Origin: a virus | Lineage: Duplodnaviria > Caudoviricetes | IMG/VR virus record: IMGVR_UViG_3300017766_001124 | Span: 1 to 52,756 of that record | Reading direction: 5' to 3' (one strand) | DNA: 52,756 bases | Shown here: piece by piece, positions 44,232 through 52,756 of the stretch | Layout: every line of letters starts with the position of its first letter | Position numbering within the stretch: position 1 is the stretch's first letter | Made by a program: the position numbers and the translations under genes | The notes under the pieces: model-generated | Told to the model about the DNA's origin: nothing | Seen by the model: the letters and a program-made list of their open reading frames with translations, nothing else | Database searches by the model: none

Positions 44232-44291
44232 TCCTGCTCGCTGGGTTCAGTCAGCAGCCTACTAGCTGGAGCAGGCATTTCTGGCATGGGT

Positions 44292-44320
44292 GTTATACAG
44301 GACGGGACGCCTATCCGCAA
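44292..44320 (-). promoter_or_regulatory. Putative sigma70 promoter for tail genes
   Basis: TTGCGG-N17-TATAAC; leader CCTGCTC...GAGCAGG could pair over the RBS. Confidence 0.5.
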
Positions 44321-44341
44321 GACAAGCGCCCTATCTGCGTA

Positions 44342-45304
44342 TTAGCATGCTCCGCCGTAATACTTGGCCATCAAGCCGCCCATAGCCATGCCTGTTGGCG
44401 CTGGCTGCGGAGCTGGCTGCTGTGGCACGTTAGACAGCGACAGCGTCCGAGGCACGTTGCTCAGCGACAAGCCCTGCGGCTGCTGCATCGCATTGGCGAT
44501 GCTCTGTGGCTGCATAGGCACGTTGCTCAGCGACAGACCTTGGGGCTGCTGCATCGGAGGCGGCGTCACAGCCATAGGTGGTGTTACATCTATAGGACGT
44601 CGTTCTACTGGCTTAAACTGATACAGATAGTCCTTTGCCGCCTGCAAAGCCTGCTGATGCTGCTCTGGCGTTGAATTCATGTCAGTCGTCAGCTTAACAA
44701 GATCGCCACGATATTTCGCAAGCTGCATAGGGTCTACGCCACTTGAGAAGATGCCGCCTTGGAACTGCTTGTTCATTTCACCGGCATAGGTGTTGATTTC
44801 ACGCAAAGCAGCGTTGCGATCAAACGATGGGGCGGGGCGCGAAGGTCCGGGATTAAACACATTATCCGTGGGTATCGGACGCACAATCTCTGGCGTCTGC
44901 GGCATCGGCCTCTGCGGCGTCACCACAATCTCTGGCTGCTCAGCCACAGTCAGGCCGCCCTGCGCAGGCATCGGCTGCGCGGGCATCCCCATGGACGCAG
45001 GAGCAGGCATAGGAGTACCCACAGGGACGCTACGATTTGACGAGTTGTTTATGCTCATGCCCTGCTTATGCAGCGTATTCAGCGCATTAACCAATGCGTC
45101 TCGGCGCTGATCGTCTGTCGCAGACATGTTTAACTGCAATTCTCGCAGAGGTGCCTGCATTTCTCGCAGCTTATCAGGCGTGAAGCCGCGATCCAGCATT
45201 CCCTGTTGGCCGCCGTACTGATTGTACAGTTTTGAAAAGTATTCGTTAAACTCGCGCAATGGATCAGTTGGCGGCCGAACGTAACCGGGATTTGGTGTGG
45301 ACAT
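44342..45304 (-). CDS. Pro/Gln/Met-rich putative capsid-internal protein
   Basis: Two similar helical units, LSLSNVP repeats, C-terminal MAMGG. Confidence 0.6.
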   Translation of the reverse strand: MSTPNPGYVRPPTDPLREFNEYFSKLYNQYGGQQGMLDRGFTPDKLREMQAPLRELQLNMSATDDQRRDALVNALNTLHKQGMSINNSSNRSVPVGTPMPAPASMGMPAQPMPAQGGLTVAEQPEIVVTPQRPMPQTPEIVRPIPTDNVFNPGPSRPAPSFDRNAALREINTYAGEMNKQFQGGIFSSGVDPMQLAKYRGDLVKLTTDMNSTPEQHQQALQAAKDYLYQFKPVERRPIDVTPPMAVTPPPMQQPQGLSLSNVPMQPQSIANAMQQPQGLSLSNVPRTLSLSNVPQQPAPQPAPTGMAMGGLMAKYYGGAC

Positions 45305-45306
45305 GA

Positions 45307-46095
45307 TTAGCAGCCCTTCCCTTTGGGCATAACAGACAAGCCGCCGCTCTTCATGCCAAGGCGCAGGCCGCGCTTAGGCGGTGTGGTGCTGGCCAGCGTC
45401 ATGCCGCGTGCTGGAGTTGTGCTAGATAGCGTCAGTCCGCGCGTAGGGGCTAGCGTCAGTTCGCGCGTAGGAGCCGTGGAGGGCACGTTGCTCAGCGTCA
45501 AACGGGCAGACTGCGGCACGTTGCTCAGCGTAAGGCCGCCGGCAGCCTTCTTAGTCACGCCAATGCTCTTGCCGACTTCCTGCATGCGCTTTGAAATCAT
45601 AGGCTCACGGTTTGAAGGGGGAACGCCCTTCTTGACGGTCTGCTTCTCAAGACGCTCACGAGCCATGCGGACGCCGCGTGCGCCCTGAGCCAATTCGTCC
45701 TTGGTCATGCGGGCCATCAACACGTCGGCACTTTCTGGACCTTCACCCATAGGTGTGCCTTCATTACGCTTCTTCACGCGCGGGATCTTGGCACCAGCAG
45801 CGCGGGCTTCGTTCAGAGCGATGGCAACAGCCTGCTTCGTGCTCTTGACCTTGGGGCCTTCCTTGGAGCCGCTGTGAAGCTTGCCCTTGGTGAACTCTTC
45901 CATCACCCGACCGATCTTCTGCTCGCCCTTCTTGACGTGTCCGCCCTTGGCGTACTTAGCCACCATAGCAGGCTTGTTCATTGGACCTTCACCGCCGGGC
46001 ATGTCGGCGCGGCTGACAGTCATGCCGCCATTGGCAAACTTGCGACCCGAAGTGGTGTCGTAGCTGGTCTTCGTGGTGTTCTTGAAACCGTCCAT
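45307..46095 (-). CDS. Basic putative capsid-internal protein (DUF6496-like segment)
   Basis: KIGRVMEEFTKGKLHSGSKEGPKVKSTKQAVAIALNEAR; four xxxGG motifs. Confidence 0.65.
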   Translation of the reverse strand: MDGFKNTTKTSYDTTSGRKFANGGMTVSRADMPGGEGPMNKPAMVAKYAKGGHVKKGEQKIGRVMEEFTKGKLHSGSKEGPKVKSTKQAVAIALNEARAAGAKIPRVKKRNEGTPMGEGPESADVLMARMTKDELAQGARGVRMARERLEKQTVKKGVPPSNREPMISKRMQEVGKSIGVTKKAAGGLTLSNVPQSARLTLSNVPSTAPTRELTLAPTRGLTLSSTTPARGMTLASTTPPKRGLRLGMKSGGLSVMPKGKGC

Positions 46096-46096
46096 G

Positions 46097-46273
46097 TTAC
46101 TTACCTTTCTTGCGGGCGACCGCTAAGTTATCAACGAGATTTGGATAAGGCCGACCTGCGGCCTCTGCTCTGCGTTTAGCTGCGGCCTTTCTCTTAACGG
46201 ATAGAGGCTTAGGCTTCCCAAGATCTTTGGGGCGCTTCTTGTCCCAAACAGGCTTTACGGAAAACTTACTCAT
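46097..46273 (-). CDS. Small basic protein
   Basis: KPVWDKKRP...KAAAKRRAEAAGRPYPNLVDN. Confidence 0.65.
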   Translation of the reverse strand: MSKFSVKPVWDKKRPKDLGKPKPLSVKRKAAAKRRAEAAGRPYPNLVDNLAVARKKGK

Positions 46274-47061
46274 CAGCAGTCCCACTTTCTCAGGGCCAAA
46301 GCCTTGCGTGTCGGCTTACCGCCTTCATCCTTCATCGCCCCCGGCATGCCGCTCATCCGAGCACAAAATGATTTCCGACGAGCGGCCGCCTTGGGAGACT
46401 TCTTAGCCTGCTTGGCTGAAACCGGGGGCTTGATGTCATGACCCTGCGCCTTGAGAGACGCACGACCGAGAGCGTTCAGTCCGCCTTCAGGGTTCTTGCC
46501 TTCTTTGCGTGTCCATGCACCACCGCCCTTGGCATAGGCCTGACGCCCAGCCAGTTCGCGCATGTGCTGGTTGCGGGTGTTTATGAACTCAACGTCGCGC
46601 TCATGGTGTACAGGGTCAGAGCGTAGAGATGTCGCCAGACCACCCTCTTGGAAGGCCTGCCGATACCCAATGCCGCCAGAGACGCCCCCGCCCGGCTGAT
46701 ACTGCACACCCGCACTAAACGGTCCGCGCTGGTACTGTGCCTGCAATTGCTGAAGCTGCATATTTGGGTCTACGGATGCGCCAAGGTTAAGCTGGCCACC
46801 CGCTGCGGGCATACTGTAGTTTGCACCACCGCCGCCAAAGCCTTGAGGCCCGACAGTAGCGCCCCCGCTAAGCATGCCAGAACCAATCTGTTGCTGGCCA
46901 GAAAACGACATACCCTGTTCAGTCAGATAAGGGTTGCCCGGTATTTGCATCGGCTGCTGATTAGGCGCAGGCCCAAGATCAGGCACGCGCTGACCAAGCG
47001 CTTCATTTATCTCATCTCTTGCTCTTACGAGGCGGAGATCAAATGGTCGGTCCGATGCCAT
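46273..47061 (-). CDS. Putative capsid-internal protein with DUF6321-like C-terminus
   Basis: AWTRKEGKNPEGGLNALGRAS...RRKSFCARMSG...LALRKWDC. Confidence 0.65.
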   Translation of the reverse strand: MASDRPFDLRLVRARDEINEALGQRVPDLGPAPNQQPMQIPGNPYLTEQGMSFSGQQQIGSGMLSGGATVGPQGFGGGGANYSMPAAGGQLNLGASVDPNMQLQQLQAQYQRGPFSAGVQYQPGGGVSGGIGYRQAFQEGGLATSLRSDPVHHERDVEFINTRNQHMRELAGRQAYAKGGGAWTRKEGKNPEGGLNALGRASLKAQGHDIKPPVSAKQAKKSPKAAARRKSFCARMSGMPGAMKDEGGKPTRKALALRKWDC

Positions 47062-47079
47062 GTCGCGCCTTGCCTGTTA

Positions 47080-47346
47080 TTAGGTGTACAACACAACGAC
47101 AGTGCCAGTCGTGATAACCGTCAGGCCATTGTTCGCTGCGATCCCGTTGCCGCCAAAGTGAACAGTCTCGCCGGCCGTTGCGCCAGTCTTGGTGTACAAG
47201 ATCACGCCACTTGCGGCGGTGGCGTTATCATAGACGGTTACGTTGCCAGCACCAGTCACAGACAAGCCGAAGAAGCCAGCCGGAGTGGCCTTGATCACTG
47301 TGGTGGTATTGTTGACTACTCGGTAACCGAGTTTATCGCCCATCAT
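47080..47346 (-). CDS. Small beta-rich virion protein
   Basis: AAGGAG RBS; VTVYDNATAASG, GI...NGL. Confidence 0.65.
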   Translation of the reverse strand: MMGDKLGYRVVNNTTTVIKATPAGFFGLSVTGAGNVTVYDNATAASGVILYTKTGATAGETVHFGGNGIAANNGLTVITTGTVVVLYT

Positions 47347-47458
47347 GTTGAAATCTCCTTCAGGTTGCCCTGCTAGAAGGTGGCCGCCCAAGCTTTGAGG
47401 GGATGAAGCCTAAGCGACCACGCAACTTATATCACATCAATTACTAAGGCGATATGCC

Positions 47459-47878
47459 TTAGGCGACCGTTGCGCCGTAGTTGGCGAGGATCATCCAGCC
47501 CAACGTGGTGAAATACTGGAGGGTCACGCTGTCGCCCACGTCTCCAAACGTGATCGTGCTGAAGCCAGTCTTCGTGGTCGGGGTGAGCGTGCCGTCGCCG
47601 CCATCGACAACCATGACGATGGTCAGGATCTGACCGTTAGCGCCGTTGGCAAGCGTCAGAGCGTCAGCAGCAGTCGTTGTGAGACGGACAGTGGCAGCCG
47701 TGATCGGAACAGCGCCAGCGCCCGAGCGGGTCGTGACCGTGCCGAACGTGCGGCCGGTGAGGTCGCCAGTGACGTTACCCGTCACGTTACCCGTCACGTT
47801 GCCGGTGATGTTGCCGGTGACAGTACCGATGAAGCCGTTGGTCGATGTAACTGGACCGGAGAAAGTTGTAGAACCCAT
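47459..47878 (-). CDS. Putative head fibre/decoration protein
   Basis: MGSTTFSGPVTSTNGF, (V/I)TGN tetrapeptide repeats; follows MCP. Confidence 0.7.
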   Translation of the reverse strand: MGSTTFSGPVTSTNGFIGTVTGNITGNVTGNVTGNVTGDLTGRTFGTVTTRSGAGAVPITAATVRLTTTAADALTLANGANGQILTIVMVVDGGDGTLTPTTKTGFSTITFGDVGDSVTLQYFTTLGWMILANYGATVA

Positions 47879-48000
47879 GTTCATATCCTTTTGCACAAGT
47901 CGCTCGCCAGTCTGTGCAACGTCCTCTGGGAAGGTCTGGCAAGCTAATTAACCCAGTGCGCAGCGATATAGCACAAACAAATAGGGCTTGCATAGCAGAC

Positions 48001-48034
48001 AAAAGAAAACCCCCCTTGGCGGACCAAGAGGGGC
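48001..48034 (-). terminator. Intrinsic terminator after the major capsid gene
   Basis: GCCCCTCTTGG-TCCG-CCAAGGGGGGT followed by TTTCTTTT. Confidence 0.75.
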
Positions 48035-48059
48035 TCCCTTTGACACAAGGTCGAGGCGA

Positions 48060-48977
48060 TTAGACGCCCGGCGTGCCGTAGATGCCGCGGGGGTCCGTCC
48101 ACCCGAACGCGTAGCGCTCAGTGGCCTTGTACCGCATGCTGTCTGTTTCGAAGTCGCCTTCCATGGACTTTTCGAGACCACGACGCATGGCGAGCTTCAG
48201 GCCTTCCGGCGCATCGGTTTCGACCCACCAAGCGGTGGACGAAGTGATACGCGAGAGGTTGGCCTGACCTTCCGCCAGCAGCCCCATGGATTTCACGGGG
48301 TTGATGTCGTTGTCTGCCGTGCCAGTACGGAGGACAGACTTCAGCAGGACTTCAGCTTGGAAGACGTTGCTGGGACCAGCGACGATCTTCTTCGGCGTCA
48401 AACGGATGCGCTTGCCGTTGTTGTCAACAGCGTTGCGGACCTGAATGAGAAGCTGCTCAAGTGACGTCTGCGAAAGCGCAGCAGCCGTGTTGAGCTGGTT
48501 GCTGAAGGTAGCACCGTTAGCAAGCGGGTGGTTGGTCGCCACAAGCGAAACGCCGTCGCCGCCGACATACGAACCGTTGAAAGCACGGTTCAGGATGTTA
48601 GCGCCAAGGGTTTCCTTCGTTTCAATCAGCGACTGTGCGAGGTGACGCGCATAGGTCTGACCGATACGGATGTGGTCGCCGTCTTCGACGAGCACCTTCG
48701 TCAGCGCGAATGCAAGGCCGTAGACCTTGTAGACGTAACGCTGAATGAAGAGCACGCCACCCGACTGGTAGGTGACCGGCATGCCGTCTGGAAGTTCCGG
48801 TGCAGCACCGAAACCGTACAGGACGGGTTCTTCGTGGTAGTTGCGAGCGATACCTTGGAAGGTCTTGAAGACCTGAGCGTATTCGTCAGCGCGCTGGTCG
48901 TAGATGCCGTTGAACTCTTCGTTCAGGATCGGCTCGACGATGGAGCGGAAGTCAGTACTCCGCATTGGGGTAGCCAT
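48060..48977 (-). CDS. Major capsid protein (HK97 fold, Mu gpT-like family)
   Basis: EPILN, GFGAAPE..DG, LA.SL..TKE..GAN.LNRAF, GGDGVSL...HP, EGDFETDSMRYKATERYAFGWTDPRG. Confidence 0.9.
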   Translation of the reverse strand: MATPMRSTDFRSIVEPILNEEFNGIYDQRADEYAQVFKTFQGIARNYHEEPVLYGFGAAPELPDGMPVTYQSGGVLFIQRYVYKVYGLAFALTKVLVEDGDHIRIGQTYARHLAQSLIETKETLGANILNRAFNGSYVGGDGVSLVATNHPLANGATFSNQLNTAAALSQTSLEQLLIQVRNAVDNNGKRIRLTPKKIVAGPSNVFQAEVLLKSVLRTGTADNDINPVKSMGLLAEGQANLSRITSSTAWWVETDAPEGLKLAMRRGLEKSMEGDFETDSMRYKATERYAFGWTDPRGIYGTPGV

Positions 48978-48991
48978 GTGTCAGCCCTCCT

Positions 48992-49573
48992 TTAGATAGC
49001 GGCCTTATCAGCGACAAACTGGTGTTCGCTGATCTGGACTTCAACAGTGAGATACGTATCTGTTGCGGTATCTTCCACAGCGTCGCTGAGGCCGATAAGG
49101 CGGACAGATGCGTTGGCGGCAGCCGATGCAACATCGAGAGCAGCAGACGACAGACCCGTCGTGGTGTTACCCACGAGCGTGTTTGCGAAGTCATACTGCT
49201 TACCGATGTCAGCGGTCGTGACGTTAGCGTTCGTCTGCACTTGGTAGACGATTGCCGGGTCAGTCGTGACATAGGCAGTGATAGTTGTTGCCGAAGTGGA
49301 GGCAGTCCACTTGTTGCTCACGCGATAGCGGCCGTCGCTGTCGGTGAACTCCACGCCTTGGAACGTGCCAATGAAAGCTTCGCCCGTTGCAGCAGCAACG
49401 ATTGTGCCTTCAGTCTGACCCGAGCCAGTGGATGGGGCAATACGAACCGGCTGGTTCTGGAAGATATTGACCGCGTACCCCGTTGCGATGGTGTAAGCCA
49501 CCGGACGGATCACACCCGACGGATGTGAAGAGGGACGCAAGCCAAACGGCTGAGCAGTCGTAGTCATAGCCAT
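48992..49573 (-). CDS. Capsid cement/decoration protein
   Basis: PFGLRP, IATGYAVNIF, GTFQGVEFTD, DPAIVYQVQ, GNTTTGLS; directly upstream of MCP. Confidence 0.7.
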   Translation of the reverse strand: MAMTTTAQPFGLRPSSHPSGVIRPVAYTIATGYAVNIFQNQPVRIAPSTGSGQTEGTIVAAATGEAFIGTFQGVEFTDSDGRYRVSNKWTASTSATTITAYVTTDPAIVYQVQTNANVTTADIGKQYDFANTLVGNTTTGLSSAALDVASAAANASVRLIGLSDAVEDTATDTYLTVEVQISEHQFVADKAAI

Positions 49574-49602
49574 TTACCTCTTGATGGTTGAGAAACCGAC
49601 CA

Positions 49603-50142
49603 TCAGAAAATACCTCTGGTCGGAGCGTAGTCGCCCACTTCTCGCATCCCATCGCTTTCCAGTAGTCTGCCACCAGCGCGCTCGGCCTGATCACGCATCA
49701 ACTGCGCAGTCTCTTCGAGCTTCTCTTCTTCACGCAACGGAGCGTCGTGGTGAGCTTCCTGCATGTACCTGTAGTACAGGGACAAGGGTAGCTTAGCCGC
49801 AAGCATCTCGTTGACCGCAATGCAACCAGCGTACTCGCCAGTCTTTTGCGTGACCAGTTCCATGCCGGGAACGTCTTCAGAGCGGATCAACTCGTAACCG
49901 AGGCGCATACGCTGTTGAATAGTGTCCGACTTGTTGGTCGTCGTGAGCCAGCAAACATGATAACCCGGAATTTCAGGGATATTCGGTAGGTGGTCGTTGT
50001 ATAGGTTCATACGGAACATTTCGAGCCGTTCGTCATCGCTCAGTTGCCGGTCTTCCGTCACATGACGGTCCTGCGCATTCCGAGGCCGACGGCCATCGTC
50101 CAGTTCACGCTTTAGGCGTTCATCCATCCGTTCTTCAGTCAT
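49603..50142 (-). CDS. Conserved head-module protein
   Basis: LP.IP..PGYH.CW, RMRLGYELI, MLAAKLP between scaffold and capsid genes. Confidence 0.7.
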   Translation of the reverse strand: MTEERMDERLKRELDDGRRPRNAQDRHVTEDRQLSDDERLEMFRMNLYNDHLPNIPEIPGYHVCWLTTTNKSDTIQQRMRLGYELIRSEDVPGMELVTQKTGEYAGCIAVNEMLAAKLPLSLYYRYMQEAHHDAPLREEEKLEETAQLMRDQAERAGGRLLESDGMREVGDYAPTRGIF

Positions 50143-50156
50143 TAGCTCTCTCCTTT

Positions 50157-51101
50157 TTAGCGAGCTGCGTTGTTACGGTCATATTCACGATACGCCTTGA
50201 GCTGACGTTCCCGACGAGCGGGATCGTCCCAAATGCCCGCTTCGATCATAGCAGCCTTTCTATCGGGTGTCACGTACACTTCTTTCCGAGTAGAAGGCGG
50301 CGCATGCTCACGGGTATTTCCTGTCGGCGGGGCCCTACGGCGCGGCGCTGCTTCACGGCGAGATGGGCCTTCGTCCCCACCAATGCGTGCAGCAACACGG
50401 CTCGTAAGCTCGTGCCAGTATTCTTCTGATGCAGGGTTCCAGCCCTCCGCTGCCAGAGCGTTGTCAATCGCTTTGGTAATGGCGCTGTCCTCATCGCGGC
50501 CCTGTGGGTTGTACCAAGGGTTCGCATCGAGCCACTGCTTGGCGTAGCTAGTCACACGCGGATCTGCACGCGGCTGCACGGCTTCCTGTGCGTACTGTTC
50601 GGCTTGCTGCTTGGCGTAAGCCAATTGCTGGGCACGCTCCTTAGCCTCATCGCGGATGCGCATGGCCTGAGTGACATCGTCACCATTGCCAGCCTCAACG
50701 GCGCGGCCAATGATCAGTTCTGCCTGCTGCGCCTCATACAAGGCACGCTGATATTGCTGGTCAATCGACTGCGCTTGCTGACTGAGGGTGTTCCCCTCAA
50801 TGGCCTGCATGCGACGCATCAGTTCGGCGTTCTGCTCACGCAAGATGGTCAGCTCTTCTCTGGCCTTGTCGCGTGCGCGCTTCTGAATTTCGCGGCGTTT
50901 ACGACGATCACGGTTCTGCTTAGTCGTGATTTCCTCATCGCTGTCGTCTTCAGAAACGCCCATGCGCTCCTCGTCGTCTTCCTCTTCAGGCTCTTCAGCC
51001 GGTTCGGCCTCTTCCTCTTGAGGGACGGGAATGCGCTCGTCTTCTGTCTCTACAACAACGAGATCGTCGTCGTCCTTTTCATTAAATACGTCTTCAGCCA
51101 T
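50157..51101 (-). CDS. Scaffolding protein
   Basis: Acidic N-terminus, long coiled coil, W...NPWY; position in head module. Confidence 0.7.
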   Translation of the reverse strand: MAEDVFNEKDDDDLVVVETEDERIPVPQEEEAEPAEEPEEEDDEERMGVSEDDSDEEITTKQNRDRRKRREIQKRARDKAREELTILREQNAELMRRMQAIEGNTLSQQAQSIDQQYQRALYEAQQAELIIGRAVEAGNGDDVTQAMRIRDEAKERAQQLAYAKQQAEQYAQEAVQPRADPRVTSYAKQWLDANPWYNPQGRDEDSAITKAIDNALAAEGWNPASEEYWHELTSRVAARIGGDEGPSRREAAPRRRAPPTGNTREHAPPSTRKEVYVTPDRKAAMIEAGIWDDPARRERQLKAYREYDRNNAAR

Positions 51102-51129
51102 GACCGGCTCCTTTCGTTAGCCTTATGGA

Positions 51130-51558
51130 TCAGACAAAGGCCTTCATCGCCAGCGGGTCGCCGGTGACTTTGCCAATGAGATCCAGATCGTTGAGGATCA
51201 CGAAGATGACTTCTTCATCGTCGTTGATCTTAACCGTCCATTTGTCGCCGCCGTACTTGGGGACGCGGACAAAGTCCCCCACTTCACACCATGAACCTTC
51301 TGGCCATGACTGCTGGGTGTTACGGTTTTTGAAGGCGAGAGACCCAATCGACACCACCTTTGCGATCTGCGTGTTCCAAGTCTCTGTGTCCTTGGTATCG
51401 CCGGTCAGGATGATGCCGCCTGCGGTCTTTTTCTTCGCCAGACGGATCTGACAAAGCACGCGCGAGCCAAATGGCTGCACGCCGGGGTCAACCGCTGGGA
51501 AAGCCTCATCGAGGCTTCCAAAGTCGAATTGAACCTTATTCAGTACATATTCTTGCAT
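51130..51558 (-). CDS. GroES-like co-chaperonin
   Basis: PFGSRVL, KTAGGIIL, AKVVSIG, WCEVGDFVRVPKYGG, ILNDLDLIG. Confidence 0.85.
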   Translation of the reverse strand: MQEYVLNKVQFDFGSLDEAFPAVDPGVQPFGSRVLCQIRLAKKKTAGGIILTGDTKDTETWNTQIAKVVSIGSLAFKNRNTQQSWPEGSWCEVGDFVRVPKYGGDKWTVKINDDEEVIFVILNDLDLIGKVTGDPLAMKAFV

Positions 51559-51578
51559 GGGTGCTCCTTCCTGCAAGG

Positions 51579-51773
51579 TTATAGGTCAAAGTCCCTCCGC
51601 TCCTTCTCAGCCACCATGTCGATCAACGCGGTTTTGGCTAATTCCAGACCGGAAAACATACCCACAACCCGTCCATACTCGAACAGATCGCGGGATTGAG
51701 GCTGCGCCAGCGCTTCACGGGCAAGGTCTGCCTGTGATTGCTCCAGTCGCTGTAGCAGGGTCTCAATTCTCAT
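51579..51773 (-). CDS. Hypothetical head-module protein
   Basis: EYGRVVGMFSGLE motif, common between portal and GroES. Confidence 0.7.
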   Translation of the reverse strand: MRIETLLQRLEQSQADLAREALAQPQSRDLFEYGRVVGMFSGLELAKTALIDMVAEKERRDFDL

Positions 51774-51895
51774 GCAGGCGTCTTAGGCATCGACGGAACC
51801 TTGGGCATCTCGCCCATGGCCATCCGCTTGTGCTGCTTTACGCCTTCGCCCTTCTGGGCAACGTCACTTGTGTTGGGCTTGTCGCTCTTAGCCAT
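51770..51895 (-). CDS. Small basic protein (41 aa, not in ORF track)
   Basis: AAGGAGG RBS; MAKSDKPNTSDVAQKGEGVKQHKRMAMGEMPKVPSMPKTPA; ATGA overlap. Confidence 0.55.
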   Translation of the reverse strand: MAKSDKPNTSDVAQKGEGVKQHKRMAMGEMPKVPSMPKTPA

Positions 51896-51905
51896 TGCGG
51901 CCTCC

Positions 51906-52756
51906 TTACGGTTGCGGGTTTATCCCAGTGCCCGTAGACACCGCGATCTTCTCACCAGACGCGATCTCCGCAGCGGCAAGCTGCATAGCGGTCTGGTTAT
52001 CCTGCATGTTCATTGTCATGCGGGCATCAAGTTCAGCCTTCTTGCGCTGGTCCTCACGGTCCTGCTTCATCTGCTCAAGCTGCATTTCGATCTGCTGCTT
52101 GGCGGCTTCAAGTTGCATGCGCTGCTGTTCCATCTGCATGTCGGCCTGATCCTGCATGACCTGAGCCTGCATCTTCTGGCCTTCCAGTTGCATCTGCGCC
52201 TGATCACGCTGCGCCTGTGCCTGCACCTTCTGCTGCTCAATGGCGATGCGCGGGTCTTGCGGCATGCCGGGCTGCGTGAATTGCTGGATGACTTGCTGCA
52301 CCTGCTGGATGACGGGCGGCAACGACTGGAACACGCCTGTCGCCTCCTGCGTCACTGTCTGCGAGGCTTCGGCCAGCATACGGTCAAACGCCTGTCTGTC
52401 GTCAGGGTCTTTGAGGTTCTTCATCACGCCAGTGACGTCTTCGCCCGCAACCTCTTCCGACAACTCCAGCACGCTTGAAACATACCACAGGGCCAAATGT
52501 TCTTTGAGGTGGTTTAGAATGATCGGGAGGTAGACCGGAGCAATGATCGGGTTCATGCCCAGCACTGGGTTCATCATGTATGCCAAGTGCGTCTTGAGGT
52601 GCGCAATGTGGTCCTGCGCTGGGAAGGCAACAACCGGCCGGCCCATCGTCGCGGCAGCGTTCTCGTTCACCGCGTTCTGCTCTTTTGGCTCCATCGGAGG
52701 ATTAAGCAGATCCTTGGCGTTCGGGATTTTCAGCGTGTCAAGGATGCGCTCTTCAA
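51906..52756 (-). CDS. Portal protein, C-terminal fragment (enters from right edge)
   Basis: Frame open to the window end; ENAA...G.PV.AFP.QDHIAHL..H, then a Gln-rich coiled-coil barrel as in P22-like portals. Confidence 0.8.
   Translation of the reverse strand, partial: EERILDTLKIPNAKDLLNPPMEPKEQNAVNENAAATMGRPVVAFPAQDHIAHLKTHLAYMMNPVLGMNPIIAPVYLPIILNHLKEHLALWYVSSVLELSEEVAGEDVTGVMKNLKDPDDRQAFDRMLAEASQTVTQEATGVFQSLPPVIQQVQQVIQQFTQPGMPQDPRIAIEQQKVQAQAQRDQAQMQLEGQKMQAQVMQDQADMQMEQQRMQLEAAKQQIEMQLEQMKQDREDQRKKAELDARMTMNMQDNQTAMQLAAAEIASGEKIAVSTGTGINPQP

Noticed and set aside
47760-47825. 12-bp tandem repeat as a regulatory iteron
   Set aside because: It encodes (V/I)TGN repeats of a fibre-like protein.
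14811-52533. Many long + strand ORFs opposite structural genes (e.g. 21201-22118, 24558-25475, 29362-30126)
   Set aside because: They are antisense shadows of GC-rich coding sequence with no recognisable motifs or RBS.

Overview
The window is a near-complete, circularly permuted genome of a tailed dsDNA phage, most likely a podovirus-type phage with ejected internal proteins. It starts inside the 5' end of the portal gene (1-165) and ends inside its 3' part (51906-52756), so only the middle of the portal seems to be missing. A GapR homologue and the promoter style point to an alphaproteobacterial host (inference). Layout: terminase (178-2099); small early genes (2.2-7.6 kb); C5 DNA methyltransferase; YdaU-type replication initiator, DnaA-C-like, DUF1064 and Cro-like genes; a plus-strand recombination block (ERF, YqaJ, NinB, GapR, SSB); then on the minus strand ejection proteins, tail, GH19 lysis, a secreted-protein cassette, many fibre/LamG genes and the head genes. 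I saw no integrase, tRNA, rRNA, CRISPR or reverse transcriptase. The most unusual signals are: (1) an early gene (13988-14416) with no Lys, Asn, Thr or internal Met and almost no A-starting codons; (2) tandem TonB-box-like motifs in a putative ejection protein; (3) a promoter plus two-hairpin antisense RNA opposite a leader peptide coupled to the replication initiator; (4) a recurring [FYM]xxGG tag on putative capsid-internal proteins; (5) an overprinted M.EcoHK31I-beta-like ORF inside the methyltransferase. All family assignments come from motif recognition by eye; no database searches were run.
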